A DNA stretch of 64,000 nt from Octopus bimaculoides (lineage: Eukaryota): assembly GCF_001194135.2 (NCBI RefSeq), contig NC_068995.1:31087224-31151223 (forward strand). The letters run 5' to 3'. The translations under genes and the position numbers were made by a program. This document shows positions 50,466 through 64,000 of this stretch, piece after piece. Under the pieces are notes generated by a model. The model saw nothing but the letters and a program-made list of their open reading frames with translations. It searched no databases and was not told the origin of the DNA. Positions within the stretch are counted from its first letter, which is position 1, and each line of letters opens with the position of its first letter.

Positions 50466-52446
50466 CAGTATGTTTCTAGAGAAATGACAAAACAATATTA
50501 AAATGTCAACAATATGATTAAAATCCTCAAGGCTTGTATATTGTGGGAAAAACCACTGTAATATCAATTTCAAATCAACTTTGAAACTTCATTTCACCTA
50601 GTACTGTCCAGCTGAACAATAGAACACATATGACAGCCATTTGGTAATACTTATATTTGTTTAAATGAATGTTTTGTAAACATTTTTCTACAGTGCCTTC
50701 CTACTTTACCAGTCTCTCAACTCCATTTCTCCACCACCACCTTGTATATAATACTATATATTATTTTATGTATAATTACATAACATTAACAGTCTCACCA
50801 TATTTAAATACAATGTCACTTTAAATATAATGTAGCTTCTCATTTTTCGTACCTAAAATCAGGAACATATTTGATCCTTATAATCTCTGACACACCACTA
50901 TAATTGCTAACTCCCTGCTGCCAATGCCACCACAATATTGCTTTTCATTAAATTTCTTGCATTACACATTTGTACATTAATTAAGCATTAATCAGCCTTT
51001 TTAAAGTAACCATTGCTGGTTGAAATCATTTCCTTTTTTTTTTATTAGTTTAGTGAATGGGGAGGTACAGTGCTGATGACCTCTGTAAGGTCTCCTAAAG
51101 ATCATTGAGATCAGTGTGGTCGATACATTGCCTGAAGATCTGTAGAAAACATGTGGGCAGAAAGAGAGTTCCAGAAAATTCCAGCCATCAGGCATGGTAG
51201 GAAAAATATTAATAAAGCAATAAAATAAGAGTAAACAGGCATGGCTGTGTGATAAGAAGTTTGCTTCCCAACCACATATTTCTGAGTTCAGTCTCACTGC
51301 ATGGCACCTTGGGCAAGTGACTTCTACTATAGCCTCAGGCCAACCAAAGCCTCGTGAGTGGATCTGATAGACAAAAACTGAAAGAATCCGGTTGTGTGTG
51401 TGTGTGTGTGTTTGTTCCTGACCACTGCTTGACACCCAGTGTTGATGTGTTTATATCCCTGTAACTTAGCAGTTCAGCAAAAGGGAACCCCAGTGCTTGA
51501 CTGGTACTTATTTTATCAATCCTAAAAGGATGAAAGGCAAAGATAACCTTAGCAGAATTTGAGCTCAGGTCACAAAAAAAAAACAGTGGCCTTGATCCAT
51601 CAACATGTGTAATTATTAATCACCATCATCACCACAAATAACTATCAAATATTGCACACAATCACATCACAAGTTATTTCCACTAATATTCTGCCATTTC
51701 TATGATTCATATTAACAACAATTGCTTCAAGTATAATCACACACACACATGTATATACACAACCGGCTTCTTTCAGTTTCTGTCTATCAGATCCACTCGC
51801 AAGGCTTTGGTTGACCCGAGGCTATAGTAGAAGTCACTTGCCCAAGGTGCCATGCAGTGGGACTGAACTCAGAAATTATTTCATCGTCCCCAGAGGGATG
51901 AAAGGTAAAATTGGCTTTTGTAGGATTTGAACTCTGAATGTCAAGAGCTGTAACTAAATCCTGCAAAACATTTTGTCCAATGCTGTGATGATTCTGCCAG
52001 CCCACTGTCCACCATCTTTTAATAATAGTCAAAGGTTTTATTCAGTTGCAGGAAACTTCATGATAATTTACAGAAGAGCAATGAAGTTACAGGAAAGAAG
52101 GGAGATGAGAAAGGAAATGAAAAAGAAAAAAGTGGGGGTGGGGGTAAAACAGTGGAAGATGGACGGGGAGATGAGCCACATATCTCAGAACAAATGGGTG
52201 CTCAGCCATGCCCCACAGTAATGATCATGATGGCATTAACCTTGAAAGTTGGGGGAAGGCTTTATTTAATATCGTCAGCTGTCATTTATTTTATTGACCC
52301 CTACAAGAAGATGAAAGGCAAATTTGACCCATTTTATTTTTGACAATACAAATATAAGATCTCCAACCAGCCAAATTCTGGATGAACTACACTACATTAC
52401 CATTTCATCAAAACATTCACAATGAAGTCAATCAAATGCTTTTGGA

Positions 52447-53801
52447 ACTAGAAAAGCACTCGGAGAGTGCAGACCTCCGCCAAGCAGCTCATTTCCACCC
52501 ATATACACGCATGCTGAAAATCGCCCAATTTCCCAAACCAACACCGGCAAAAACATAACGTCCTCGCATACTTATCTCGACCATTGTCATAATCAACACT
52601 GTCTCTGCTTTCACCACAATCACCGTCAAAACTACGATCAGCACAATCAGTTTCTTTACACTGTTGAAAATCCATTATCTGATACTCATGGGACTGAGAT
52701 CATTGCAGATTTTTGATTTTTCTAATTTCAAAGTGCTTTATTAAAAAAAAAAAATAATAATTGCATCTACAAAACGGAACAGTTTGAGAATAGAAACCAG
52801 GTCTAAACACAATAGCTTATAGACATACTCTGAATGTAGTTCTATATAAATCTTTAACGATTTTTTTTTAATACTTAAGACCATCAGAAATGTTAAGATA
52901 TCAGCCTCTACCCACCTAGTCATGCTTTGATTAAAAGGTTACAGCATAGATTAGATTACTTAAATAAGTTTCGGCCGAAGTTGACTCAGGCCATGTCTAA
53001 TTTAATAGCACCACCTGGAAGAGATACACAATCAGCTCTGGGGAACCGTAGCCCATTCAAGCAGAGGACTATTGTTTTCAGAGACATATCTAGGTGTGGG
53101 TGGTTTATCTGGTATTCGTTGGGGGTAATCATCTAGGGATCATTTGAATGCTGTGAAGTCACTTTCCTCCTTTATGTGTGTCTGGCTCGATGTTGAAGAG
53201 AGCAGGGCCAATTGAGGTGAAATAGTTCTGTTATAGTGTTGTGATACGACATGAACATTTCTGTAGTGGACGGATGGCACGGGGGCCAAGCCTCGGACAA
53301 AATTTAAAGATGGGTAATGTCGATGGAATATTTTCCACATCATACAGATGATATAGAGCGTGCAGCAGCAGTGGAGGGAGCAAAGCCTGAGCTTTTTGAG
53401 TCGATCCCAATAGTCAAGGCTTGTCATGTCATCCTCTGCAGACCTCTCTGCCAAGCAGCTCATTTTAAGATAGATACGCGAGTAAAATTACTAATGGAGA
53501 AACGAAAATAAACTTGGGAAACAGCAACGCCTCCATAGGTCATATGGAAACGATGAACGTGTTTTCAAGGGAGATAATCAAAGAATGTAACATTGTAATA
53601 CTTCATGTAAAGTAAATATAACAAATGAATCCATAAAAATTCCCAGATCACTACCAAAATTTCATCATCTGTTCCTTGTGTCATTACCAACTTTTTCTGC
53701 AAGTTTCATCAAATACCGTTCACAACTTTTTGAGTTATTTTGCACACAGACAGACAAACTAATGCTGATGAAAACATAACCTCCTTCCTTGGCGGAGGTA
53801 A
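52447..53801 (+). mobile_element. Composite HINE/Helentron-like element containing a CR1 3' fragment
   Basis: Head actagaaaagcactcggagagtgcagacctccgccaag and tail ccttggcggaggtaa share a subterminal inverted motif; the head motif recurs at ~53438. Confidence 0.55.
52945..53435 (-). mobile_element. CR1-like LINE 3' end
   Basis: MTSLDYWDRLKKLRLCSL...YIICMMWKI...GPALFNI-like...LDDYPQRIPDKP..P.YVS.NNS.LLEW. Confidence 0.8.
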
Positions 53802-56800
53802 TTAAAATGCTTTGTAATTAGAAATGGGAGAGGAGGAAGGCCACTTCTACTGTCATCCATTTCTTTCCTTTGTCCTCCTCTATGTTTACCCAGCTCTTTC
53901 TTTTCTTTTTCACCCCCAATCACTGTGTTGCTGCCATCATATCCTCACTCTCCTCTCTTTCTCTTTTATACCCCTCCTTGGTCATATTGTCTTCAACATA
54001 TGTATACATCCCAGAACAGTGAATATGCTTTGCCCTGTTTATACAAAGTAAACCCTCTGCTGGTGCCATAGCAAAATGCACCTGGTGCACCCTCTAGAGC
54101 GACTGGCAGGTATTCTTTTATTTATTAACTTGTTTCAGTTATTTGACTGTGGCCATGTGGGAGCACTGCCTTGAAGGGTTTTTAGTCAAACAAATCAACC
54201 CCAGGACTTATTATTTTAAGCCTAGTACTTATTCTATTGGTCTCTTTTGTTGAACTGCTAAGCTACAGGGGCATAAACGCACCAGCACTGGTTGTCAAGC
54301 AATGATGAGGGGGGGCAAAGACACCGAAACACACATACACGATGGGATTCTTTCAGTTTCCATCTGCCAAAACCACTCACAAGGCTTTGGTCAGCCCAAG
54401 GCTATAGCGGAAGACACACCAAGGTGCACACAGTGGGACTGAACCCGGAACCATGTGGTTGGGAAGCAAGCTTCTCACCACACAGCCATGCTTGTACCTA
54501 AACATGTGGAGAAAACAAAGGTGGGTGGTCTCCTGAATCTTGCCTTGTTGTGGTACCATAATAAAATGCTGGTATCATAGTAAAATGCACTCAGTACACA
54601 CTGTAAAATGGTTGGTGGTAGGAAGGACATACAATTGAAGAAACCAAGCATAAAATGAATGAGTGCCAGTCTATAAGAGAAATGGATTCCAATAAATGAC
54701 TATGACACTGCAAACCCATGTCAGTATGGAAAGTGGATGCAAAATTAATAATGTCACATATAAAACTAGATTATGAAATGTGTCTCTAACTATTTTTTTG
54801 AGAAATTAGTGTGATTTGAGGGAGATTTGGTTGCTATCTCTATCATGTTGAGCAACCACATAATGGTTTTTCCCATTAGTTAGAAGTAACAAGGTGGGGG
54901 GAAGGAGTTAAGGAGAAGATATTTAATTTTCAGAGATATAAAACAAATTAATTAAAAATCGAAGCTGAAGATTAAAAACAGTTCTAGGTCATGCTCTATC
55001 TTTATATTACATATGTATTCTATATGTAGTTATGTATGACATATACCTATATATGTTCCCATACATTTCGATATTATCTAAAGTCATTTGCTATATGTAA
55101 TATTTAACTATGTATAAGATGATGATATATCTATTTAGGTGTCACAAATATCTACTGATTACATGTAGAATTTCATTATATATTACATAATTAAACATAA
55201 CTGTGAGACAACTAGTGTACAATTGGGAAGTACAGAACAGTAACAATAGAAGAACTGTGTGTGTGTTTATTGATAATGTGGACATATAAGGTGTGATAGT
55301 CATAATAAGAACAAAATGGAGCTAATACCTCTACTGACAACAAAGCTTCTCCCTCAAGGTGAGGGGCAGAGTCTAGAATACTTGTGTACAAAGTGTGTTG
55401 CTACATGCAGTGAGACGTGTGTGTGAGTATGTGCATGCGCACATGCACACATCTATAGATGTACTTGCATGGCTGTGTAGTTAAGAAGTTAACTTATTAT
55501 CCAGTCATAGAAACCATGCTAAAACAAACAGGGAGCCTGAACAGCCCTTCAGCTGGTCAGCTCCTATCAAACTGTCAAATCATGCCAGCATGGAAAACAG
55601 ACATTAAATGATGATGATGATTATATATATACGTATGGTAAGTTGCTTTCAGTTTTTATTTTCCTATCCACTCACAAGGCTTTGGTCAACCTGGAACTGT
55701 AGTAGAAGACACTTGCCAAAGGTGCATTACAGTGGAACTGAACCTGAAACCCCAAGGTTGGGGAGTGACCTTAATAACAGAGCTGTGATGGTGGGTGGAT
55801 GCCTGGATAGATAGATAGATAGATAGATACATGCACACACATATAATACAAACACTAGCACATATACTTATATACATATATGTATACAAATATGTATATA
55901 TACATACATATACATAATTAGACACACATACACTCATATAAATTATATATGTGTGTGTGTGTGTGTAAAGAGAGAATGAGGGGGAGTATGAGAATTTGAT
56001 GGAGAGGAATTGATGACGTTAAAGACTGAAGTGGTTTCATTTCCTTAGTATTTTCAGCGATTAATCCGAGAGAGTAAATTTAGAAATTGGTAGGTCTGTG
56101 TTCATGAGTATGTGGGCATGTGTTTAGAGCCGGCAGCAATTAATGTCTCAATGTTCCTTCCTTCATAGTATTGAAACCTCTTAAGTCCAATCCTTAAAAT
56201 ATGAAATATCTTAATGTCTGCTTGATAAGGAAGATTGTCTGAAGGTCAAGAATTTTCTGGTTGTGGGGAACAGTTTATTAATCTACTACATGTATTACTG
56301 TCTTTTATTCCATTGACCTTAGAAGGAAGAAAGACAACACTGGCTTCCAAAGGATTTGAACCCACAAATTCAAGGCATTCTATTTCTAATTGTAGCAATT
56401 CTCTCATCCCCCATTCAAATCTAATAATACTGCTTTTATCATATAACTGAAATCTCCCTTCTGCCTGTTTCTTCAGCCATCCACACAGAAGATATGAATG
56501 AGTCTAAGGAAGAGGAGAAGAATAGGGAAAATTGTTCATTGGCTGAAACATGATTGCCTCACCTGCTGACAATAGCAGCTAAAACTCCAACACAATACAC
56601 ACTGAACAATAGATTTCCCTATATACAAAGGAATAGGTTGTCATGAATGGCACACCTCTCATCACAGTTTTGTTTGACTATGGCTGATCTTGGACTACAT
56701 AACAATAAAGTTTACTCTGAACCAAGAAGGGAAAGCTTTTGCAGGAGCACTCCACCTGCAAGAAGCAGCAGCCAAGTTTTCCTCAAATCAATGTGTATCT

Positions 56801-59800
56801 TCCTAAAGGGAAGAAGAACCTACAGGAAAATGTAGTTCTGTGTGAATACAGGAAATTGTGTGTGTGTTTGTGTGTGTGTATAAAAGCATGAATGTATGGT
56901 TAGAAATTTGCTGTGAAACTGTTTGGTTTGGGGGTTCAGTCCCACTGCATGCTATTTTGAACAAGTTTCTTCATATACAATCCCAGGCCAGCCAAATCCT
57001 TGTGAGTGAATTTGGTAGATAGAAAGTGAAAGAAGCTTTTCCTGTTTGTGCATGTGACCTAATCTCCTGACATCACGTAGTGACAGTAAATAAACTTGAC
57101 ATTCATACAAAAATGGTGTTATTCATTTTCTATCTTCCATGAAAGCATATGATAGCCAATGAACTGTTCATATTTGAAAGACTTGGTGAAATATTACCTT
57201 AGAGACAGATGAGAATTGACAACAGAAAAAGAATATGGCTGTAGAAAATCTGTCTCAATGAATTCATCTGACCACTGCAGGAATAAGAATGGAAAAATGG
57301 ATTTTAAAATAATGGCAATGATATTGGTTCCAAATTTAGGCACAAAGCTAGCAATTTCAGGGTAATGACTAGGTCAATTACATCAACTCCAATGTTCAAC
57401 TGGTACTTATTTTATCAACCATGGCAGGATGAAAGGCAAAGTCGACCTAGACAGAATTTGAATTCAGAATGAAGTGCCACTAAGCATTTTGCCTGGCAGG
57501 ATTAATGATTCTGCCAGCTTGCAGCCTTAACAATGATAATGATATTACATGCACAAAAACTAACATTATAAATAACAAGAACTGAGAAATACACACACAT
57601 TATGACTTCCACTAAAACTACACATGCATACACACACACATACATACATAATTTATACAGTTACCATCCTATTTGCTTTTGCATTTATGAAACATCAATC
57701 CTTTCAGTCACTCCTATTCATTTGCCAAAGACCAACATGTTTGTCTCAGTTGCTCCTATTTTTATTTCCTTTTATTTAACTTTCTGAAGAGGAGTTTAAG
57801 CTCAAAATTTTGAAAACTCTTCCACTTAGTCTCTCGTTGGGTACCAAACCTACAACTAGAGTCAGTTTTAAGCCATTTAGACACTTGTTCAAGTTGGATC
57901 CTGCACCAAGAGAGGGCTTCATGCGCATGCTGGAGCAGAGGACACTATGATAAATGTTTAGTATATCATTGTGGCTAATGGTGCAGCCTCAATTCCTCAA
58001 TGCTTTTTGGCTGGGACCGGTACACTACATGATGCATAAAACATCAATCTCCAGCTTTTGTAGAGTAGAGGGCTCCACTGACAGTTCTCTAATTGAGCCT
58101 CACACTTCCTAGTGCCAGCCCTGCTTACAACTACACCTTGCTTGGTTTTCCATGTTATTCTCATCATTAATTATAAATGCATATACACACATTATTTTAT
58201 ATACAGTTTTCATTGCACAATGCTCTCCCACCACCAGTTGTTGACTGAAAGATCATGATTTCAGCACTTTCCTCTCAGCAGGGCAAAGCAGCATTGATAC
58301 TATCAGGAACTGTACAACCCATACTCTTGCACATTCTTCTCCCTCACCATCAAAGCAGTCACCACACCAAACTAGGTGCAGGTGCAACCTCTGTAATCCT
58401 GCAGTATCTTATTTTACTATTCACTGACAATTTGTTCTTTGCTCTTGGATTTGGTCTTCTGATCACAAAACTCTAACATAGTCCATCTTTCAGTTATTAG
58501 ACTGCGGCCATGCTGGAACATCACCTTGAAGGGTTTAGTGCCCACTCCCTTTCTCCTCAGTACTTGCTCTATTGGTTTCTTTTTGCTGAAGCATTGAGTT
58601 ACAGGGATGTAAACAAACCAATACCGGTTGTCAAGTGGTGGTGGGGTACACACACAATGATGCACACACATATATATACAACAGGCTTCATTCAGGTTTT
58701 CTGTCTACCAAATCCACTCACAAGGTTTTGATTCATCTGAGACTATAGTAGAAAACACTTGCCCAAGGTTCCATTTGGTGGGAGTGGACCCAGAACTACA
58801 TGGTTGGAAAACAAACTCTATTACACAGCCATGCTTGTACCTATATAGATCATCATCATCATTTAACATGTTTTTCCATGCTGGCATGGGTTGAATGGCT
58901 TGACAGGAACTATCAAGGCCAGGGGTCACGCCAGGTTCCACAGTCTGTGTTGCTTTGGTTTCTATGACTGGGTGCCCTTTCTAACGCCAACCACTTTACA
59001 GAGTGTACTGGGTACTTTTTATGTGGCACCATCACCAGAGCTTTTCACATGGCACTTTGGTTTTAGGATCTTGATTCTCTTGTGATGGGCGAGTCTTCTT
59101 GAGTACAGCAATGTGCCACATATCTCAGTCCTCTGTTGCTTCACTGTACTCAAGAAGACCACCCACTGCAACAGAGTTGAGACCCTAAAACCATATATAT
59201 ATAACGTTTTACAACAGAATGTCCTTTTCATTGCTAGTCCTTACTTGTTTTTCAAGTAAGGGATCTTCAAAGATGCAAACTCAGTGTATGATTTGTTGAC
59301 AGTAAAAATGACAGCAGTGTCAATGCATGTAGCACATTGTTAGGCGGATATATATAAGCAATTACACACACATAGATCTTTCTATATACACATATATGAT
59401 GGGCTTCTTTCAATTTCTGTCACTGATATAACTTTGATTGGCCTGGAGTTATATAATTTGTTTCTGAAAATGAAAACAAGTTGAGGAACTGTTTACCACG
59501 AATTTTCAGTTGCCATTTGAGAACAATTGCGACGATTTTTGGCACTGACTCCCAGCTTCATTGGACACTTGTCCAAGCTGGTGCAAAATGAGACTGAACC
59601 CAAAACTCTGTGGTTGGAAAATAAACTTCTTAACCACACAGCAATTCCTGCCTCCCCTCAACACACATAAAATAAGTGTATATAAAGAGCACTTGTTAAA
59701 ACCATACTGAACCTAAATAAACTTCAAACATCATCCACCAATTAATAAGAAAGACCTCTCAGACCTATTAACATTTAATGAAACAAAGGTTAAATAATTG

Positions 59801-60104
59801 ACATAATGATATTTTAAACCACTTCATTGCTCTCTGACATTATTTACAACCCTCACACCACTGAATATATAAAAACAGATACATATATATATATATATAT
59901 ATATATCTTTTACATATTTCACTCATTAGACTGTGGCCATACTGGGGAACTTCCTTCAAGAATTATAGTTGAACAAATCAACCCTAGTCATTATTTTTGT
60001 TTTAAACCTGGCACTTATTTGATCTATCTCTTTTTGGCAAAGTGCTATGTTAATGGTATGTAAACACACCAATACTGATTGACAAGCGGTGATGGGGACA
60101 AAGA

Positions 60105-61310
60105 TATATACATATATATATATACATATATACACACACACATATATATACATACATATACATACATTCATATATACACACATTCAAATACATACACACA
60201 CATATATGTATGCATATATATACACACATATACATATATATATATACACATACACACATATACATATACACATACACGCATATACACATATACATATATA
60301 TACATATATATACATATATATTCATATATATACATATATACATATACACATACACGCATATACACATATACATATATATACATATATATACATATATATT
60401 CATATATATACATACATATACATATATATTCATATNNNNNNNNNNNNNNNNNNNNNNNNNNNNNNNNNNNNNNNNNNNNNNNNNNNNNNNNNNNNNNNNN
60501 NNNNNNNNNNNNNNNNNNNNNNNNNNNNNNNNNNNNNNNNNNNNNNNNNNNNNNNNNNNNNNNNNNNNNNNNNNNNNNNNNNNNNNNNNNNNNNNNNNNN
60601 NNNNNNNNNNNNNNNNNNNNNNNNNNNNNNNNNNNNNNNNNNNNNNNNNNNNNNNNNNNNNNNNNNNNNNNNNNNNNNNNNNNNNNNNNNNNNNNNNNNN
60701 NNNNNNNNNNNNNNNNNNNNNNNNNNNNNNNNNNNNNNNNNNNNNNNNNNNNNNNNNNNNNNNNNNNNNNNNNNNNNNNNNNNNNNNNNNNNNNNNNNNN
60801 NNNNNNNNNNNNNNNNNNNNNNNNNNNNNNNNNNNNNNNNNNNNNNNNNNNNNNNNNNNNNNNNNNNNNNNNNNNNNNNNNNNNNNNNNNNNNNNNNNTA
60901 TATATATATATATTCATATATATACATACATATATATATATATATTCATATATATACATACATATATATATATATATTCATATATATACATACATATATA
61001 TATATATATTCATATATATACATACATATATATATATATTCATATATATACATACATATGTATATATATATTCATATATATACATACATATATATATACA
61101 TACATATATACACACATATATATATACATACATATATACACACATATATATATACATACACACATATATATATACATACACACATATATATATACATACA
61201 TATATATATACACACATACATATATACACACACATATATATATATATATTCATATATATATACATACATATATATATATTCATATATATACATATATATA
61301 GATAGATACA
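60105..61310. repeat. Long (TA/CA)n compound microsatellite spanning an N-gap
   Basis: Directly visible; source of the spurious 363-498 aa ORFs. Confidence 0.95.
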
Positions 61311-61491
61311 TACACACAGCAAATACTGGATGTCAATTTCACTTTTCATTACCACATGACGATAAAATTAACTCACAAATGGCTGAGTACTCCACAGACA
61401 TGCATAACATTAACATAGTTCTCAGGGAGATTCAGCCTCACACAGAATATGACAAGGCTGGCCGCTATGAATTACAACTACAATTCGAGAC

Positions 61492-61541
<50 letters not shown>

Positions 61542-62869
61542 GTGTGCACGTGTGTGTGTGTGTGTGTGTGTATAGTTTAGGTTAGTTAAAACATGTTTGC
61601 AATAATAAGTGTCGCATGGTGGAAATAAATCTAATTACCAAACTTTCATTCATAAATCCATTTATTATTTCATTCTTTTGCATTTCAATCTGTACATTAA
61701 GGTTCTTTGAATATGCACAATGTATTTTAAGGTTAAAACAGTTATTCCGTTTCTGTCTGTGTAACCAAGATATTTTGGTTGGGTTATATAGTCATTGGTG
61801 TTACATTACTTTCTATATTCTGTAACTGTCACAATATACTTTTCTATGCCTGAATTTTTTGTGGAGAGGGGGCCAGTCGATTAGATCGACCCCAGTACAT
61901 AACTGATACTTAATTTATTGACCCAGAGAGGACGAAAGGCAAAGTCGATCTGTGCAGAATTTGAACTCAGAACGTAAAGACAGACGGTAATAATATATAA
62001 ACATTTCTCATGGCACCAGTACACTTTACAGATTCTTACATTTTTTTGTTTTCTGTAAATTTTTCACGGGTCTAGCTAGTATATATAATTACATCAATAA
62101 TAAATATACATGTAAAGCGGAAGATTCACCAATATTCTAGAAAAAGAGGTAAAGATAAAGAATTCATTGATATGCCTCCAAAACATGTTACATAACAATA
62201 CTCTTTCAAAGACATGACAAAATGTGGTTTCAACTCGGATAGAACTGATAGAGATTCTAACTACCATAAATGATTGACTGGCTGGTATTTGTGCTGTTCC
62301 TCTACATTATTGTTGTGTGTTTAGTGAGGTTATAAACATTCTAAGGTACTTCATTGATGAATTATTAAAGTACGGGACAAAATGTCTTGTACTTATTCTG
62401 TTTCTTTACGTTCTGAGCTCATCTGTGACAACAACATTTGTATCAAGCTGTATTGGTGCTTACCTTTCATTTGGATGACATTAGTGGCATGGAGAGAAAG
62501 GAGACTTGCTGCATGGACAATTGTTGGTCTTTAACAAACCTTGTCCAGGTCTGTGGTCCAGAAAGGAACTTTCTAGATGCAGATAAATAATCAACTCTAA
62601 GTAACACAGATATACTTTTTGGTTTCTTGGACATAATTCAAAATATCAAAACTTTCAGCAATGATTCTTGAAATTTCAACTTAAGATACAACTTTTCAAA
62701 AGGAAACTTTTCTAGTTGATCATGTAGGAATAATGAAATTTATATTCAGTGAGATATATCTTAACATCATTGAGTTTTTTCAGAGCATGCACTCTTTTTA
62801 GGGAAGCTTCATGTATCTAAGCAGTCCTCTTTTTAGGAGAATGCTGCTTACTCTGTTAAGGAAGAGATC

Positions 62870-64000
62870 TAGAAAGGTGATCTAAAAAACCCTCTATTCA
62901 CTTAATGCTGGTCAGCAGCCTGCAGTTGATGGCAGCTCATTAAAGAGGATGAATAATTATTTTATATGAAAAAGCCTAAGATGCTATTTGGTTCATGGAA
63001 TGTGTAAAACCTGTTGGATTTATAGAAATCCACTAACCCTGAATGAAGAACAGCAATAGTAACTCAAGTGCTAGGAAAGGTATACCTCAATTGATAATGG
63101 TGTGAAGCAAAGAAACATACTCCTATACTTTTCTCCATCTATTTGGCTGTTGCTATTGCTTATGCCTTTCAAGAATACACTGTTGGTGTTTAAGGCTCTG
63201 AACCTCTAGTAAAGTATTTTTTCTGAATTGGTTAAGATTCAAATCTAAAGGTTTTGGAGGAGCTTTTGGGTCAATTGCCATATGCTGATGATGTCAACTT
63301 GGTGGTTCATTCAGAACCAGATAGGTAATTGTTAATGGACTGAGTTTGAACTCACTTTTATTCTAGCAAAGATTAAAATAATGTCACACCACCTGGAGAA
63401 GCTTATGTGTGGCCTAAGTTCAGGATAAATGGAAGATGGTTGGAAGTCATCGAGAGTTTTGTATATCTTAGATCCTTAATATGATCTGATGGACCTTTAG
63501 ATGATGAAATTCATCAAAGGAATGCAAAAGCAATCACTGCTTTCAGCTATCTTGAAATATGAATGTGGAAGGATAAAGGAATTACTTTTGCCACAAAGCT
63601 TTCTATCTATGAGAGTTGCTTTAAGCTGTCTTCTGTATGCTTCAGAAACATGAGCCATTACATGGTATCACTTGAAAGATTCCATCAAAACTGTTTAAGG
63701 CACAAACTAATGATAAAATGGCAGATAAAAACCCTAGACATGATTGTTCTGGAAAACACCAATATGCCCAGCATTGAAAAAAAGTCATTATTTTGAATGA
63801 AATGTGCTAGTCAGATCATCTAATTAGGATGGATGAGACAAGGATTCTTAAGCAATTACTTTATGATGAACTAACATTAAATAAACACCTGCAATATAAA
63901 CCCCGGAAGAGATATAAAGATGTGATAAAGGTAAACACTTGCATTGGACAAAAAGTGGCTTGGTACAATCAGCAAAAGTTGTGAAACATTCGAATAGAAC
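62870..64000 (+). mobile_element. Internally deleted, decayed RTE-BovB-like LINE (runs off the window)
   Basis: APE start FGSWNV..LLD...PE.RTAIV joined almost directly to RT motifs NGVKQ, YADD, FVYL.S, ITFATKLSIY and LERFHQNCLR. Confidence 0.85.

Noticed and set aside
50598-50650. CHMC-encoding phase-2 candidate for SMYD exon 1
   Set aside because: Weak acceptor, in-frame stop just upstream, atypical spacing and ~40 kb distance.
60050-61585. Long ORFs of 127-498 aa (YIYIH repeats)
   Set aside because: Translations of (TA/CA)n microsatellite and Ns.
1-64000. CRISPR-like arrays or prokaryotic defence systems
   Set aside because: No regularly spaced repeat-spacer structure or prokaryote-like gene clusters; the recurring motifs are dispersed SINE/LINE copies.

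Overview
AT-rich, repeat-dense metazoan genomic DNA with six N-gaps. The SINE, LINE and transposon families resemble those of octopus/cephalopods (inference from memory, not a database search). The only host gene I can support is a SMYD3-like SET/MYND lysine methyltransferase on the minus strand: six coding exons between 510 and 9849 with canonical GT-AG sites and compatible phases. Its first coding exon was not found and its 3' exons fall outside the window. The rest is mostly decayed mobile DNA: tRNA-derived SINEs, RTE, CR1 and R4/Dong LINE fragments, mariner, maT-like, piggyBac and pogo/Tigger derivatives, MITEs, Helentron-like (HINE) elements and microsatellites. The most interesting unexplained items are (i) a fossil ~2.7 kb intronless plus-strand ORF with LRR-like and pentapeptide repeats, (ii) a minimal Penelope-type hammerhead ribozyme plus two degenerate copies, (iii) a ~750 bp near-perfect palindrome and (iv) a composite HINE-like element carrying a CR1 3' end. 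No CRISPR array, rRNA or bona fide tRNA gene is supported, and I found no clearly new biological system.
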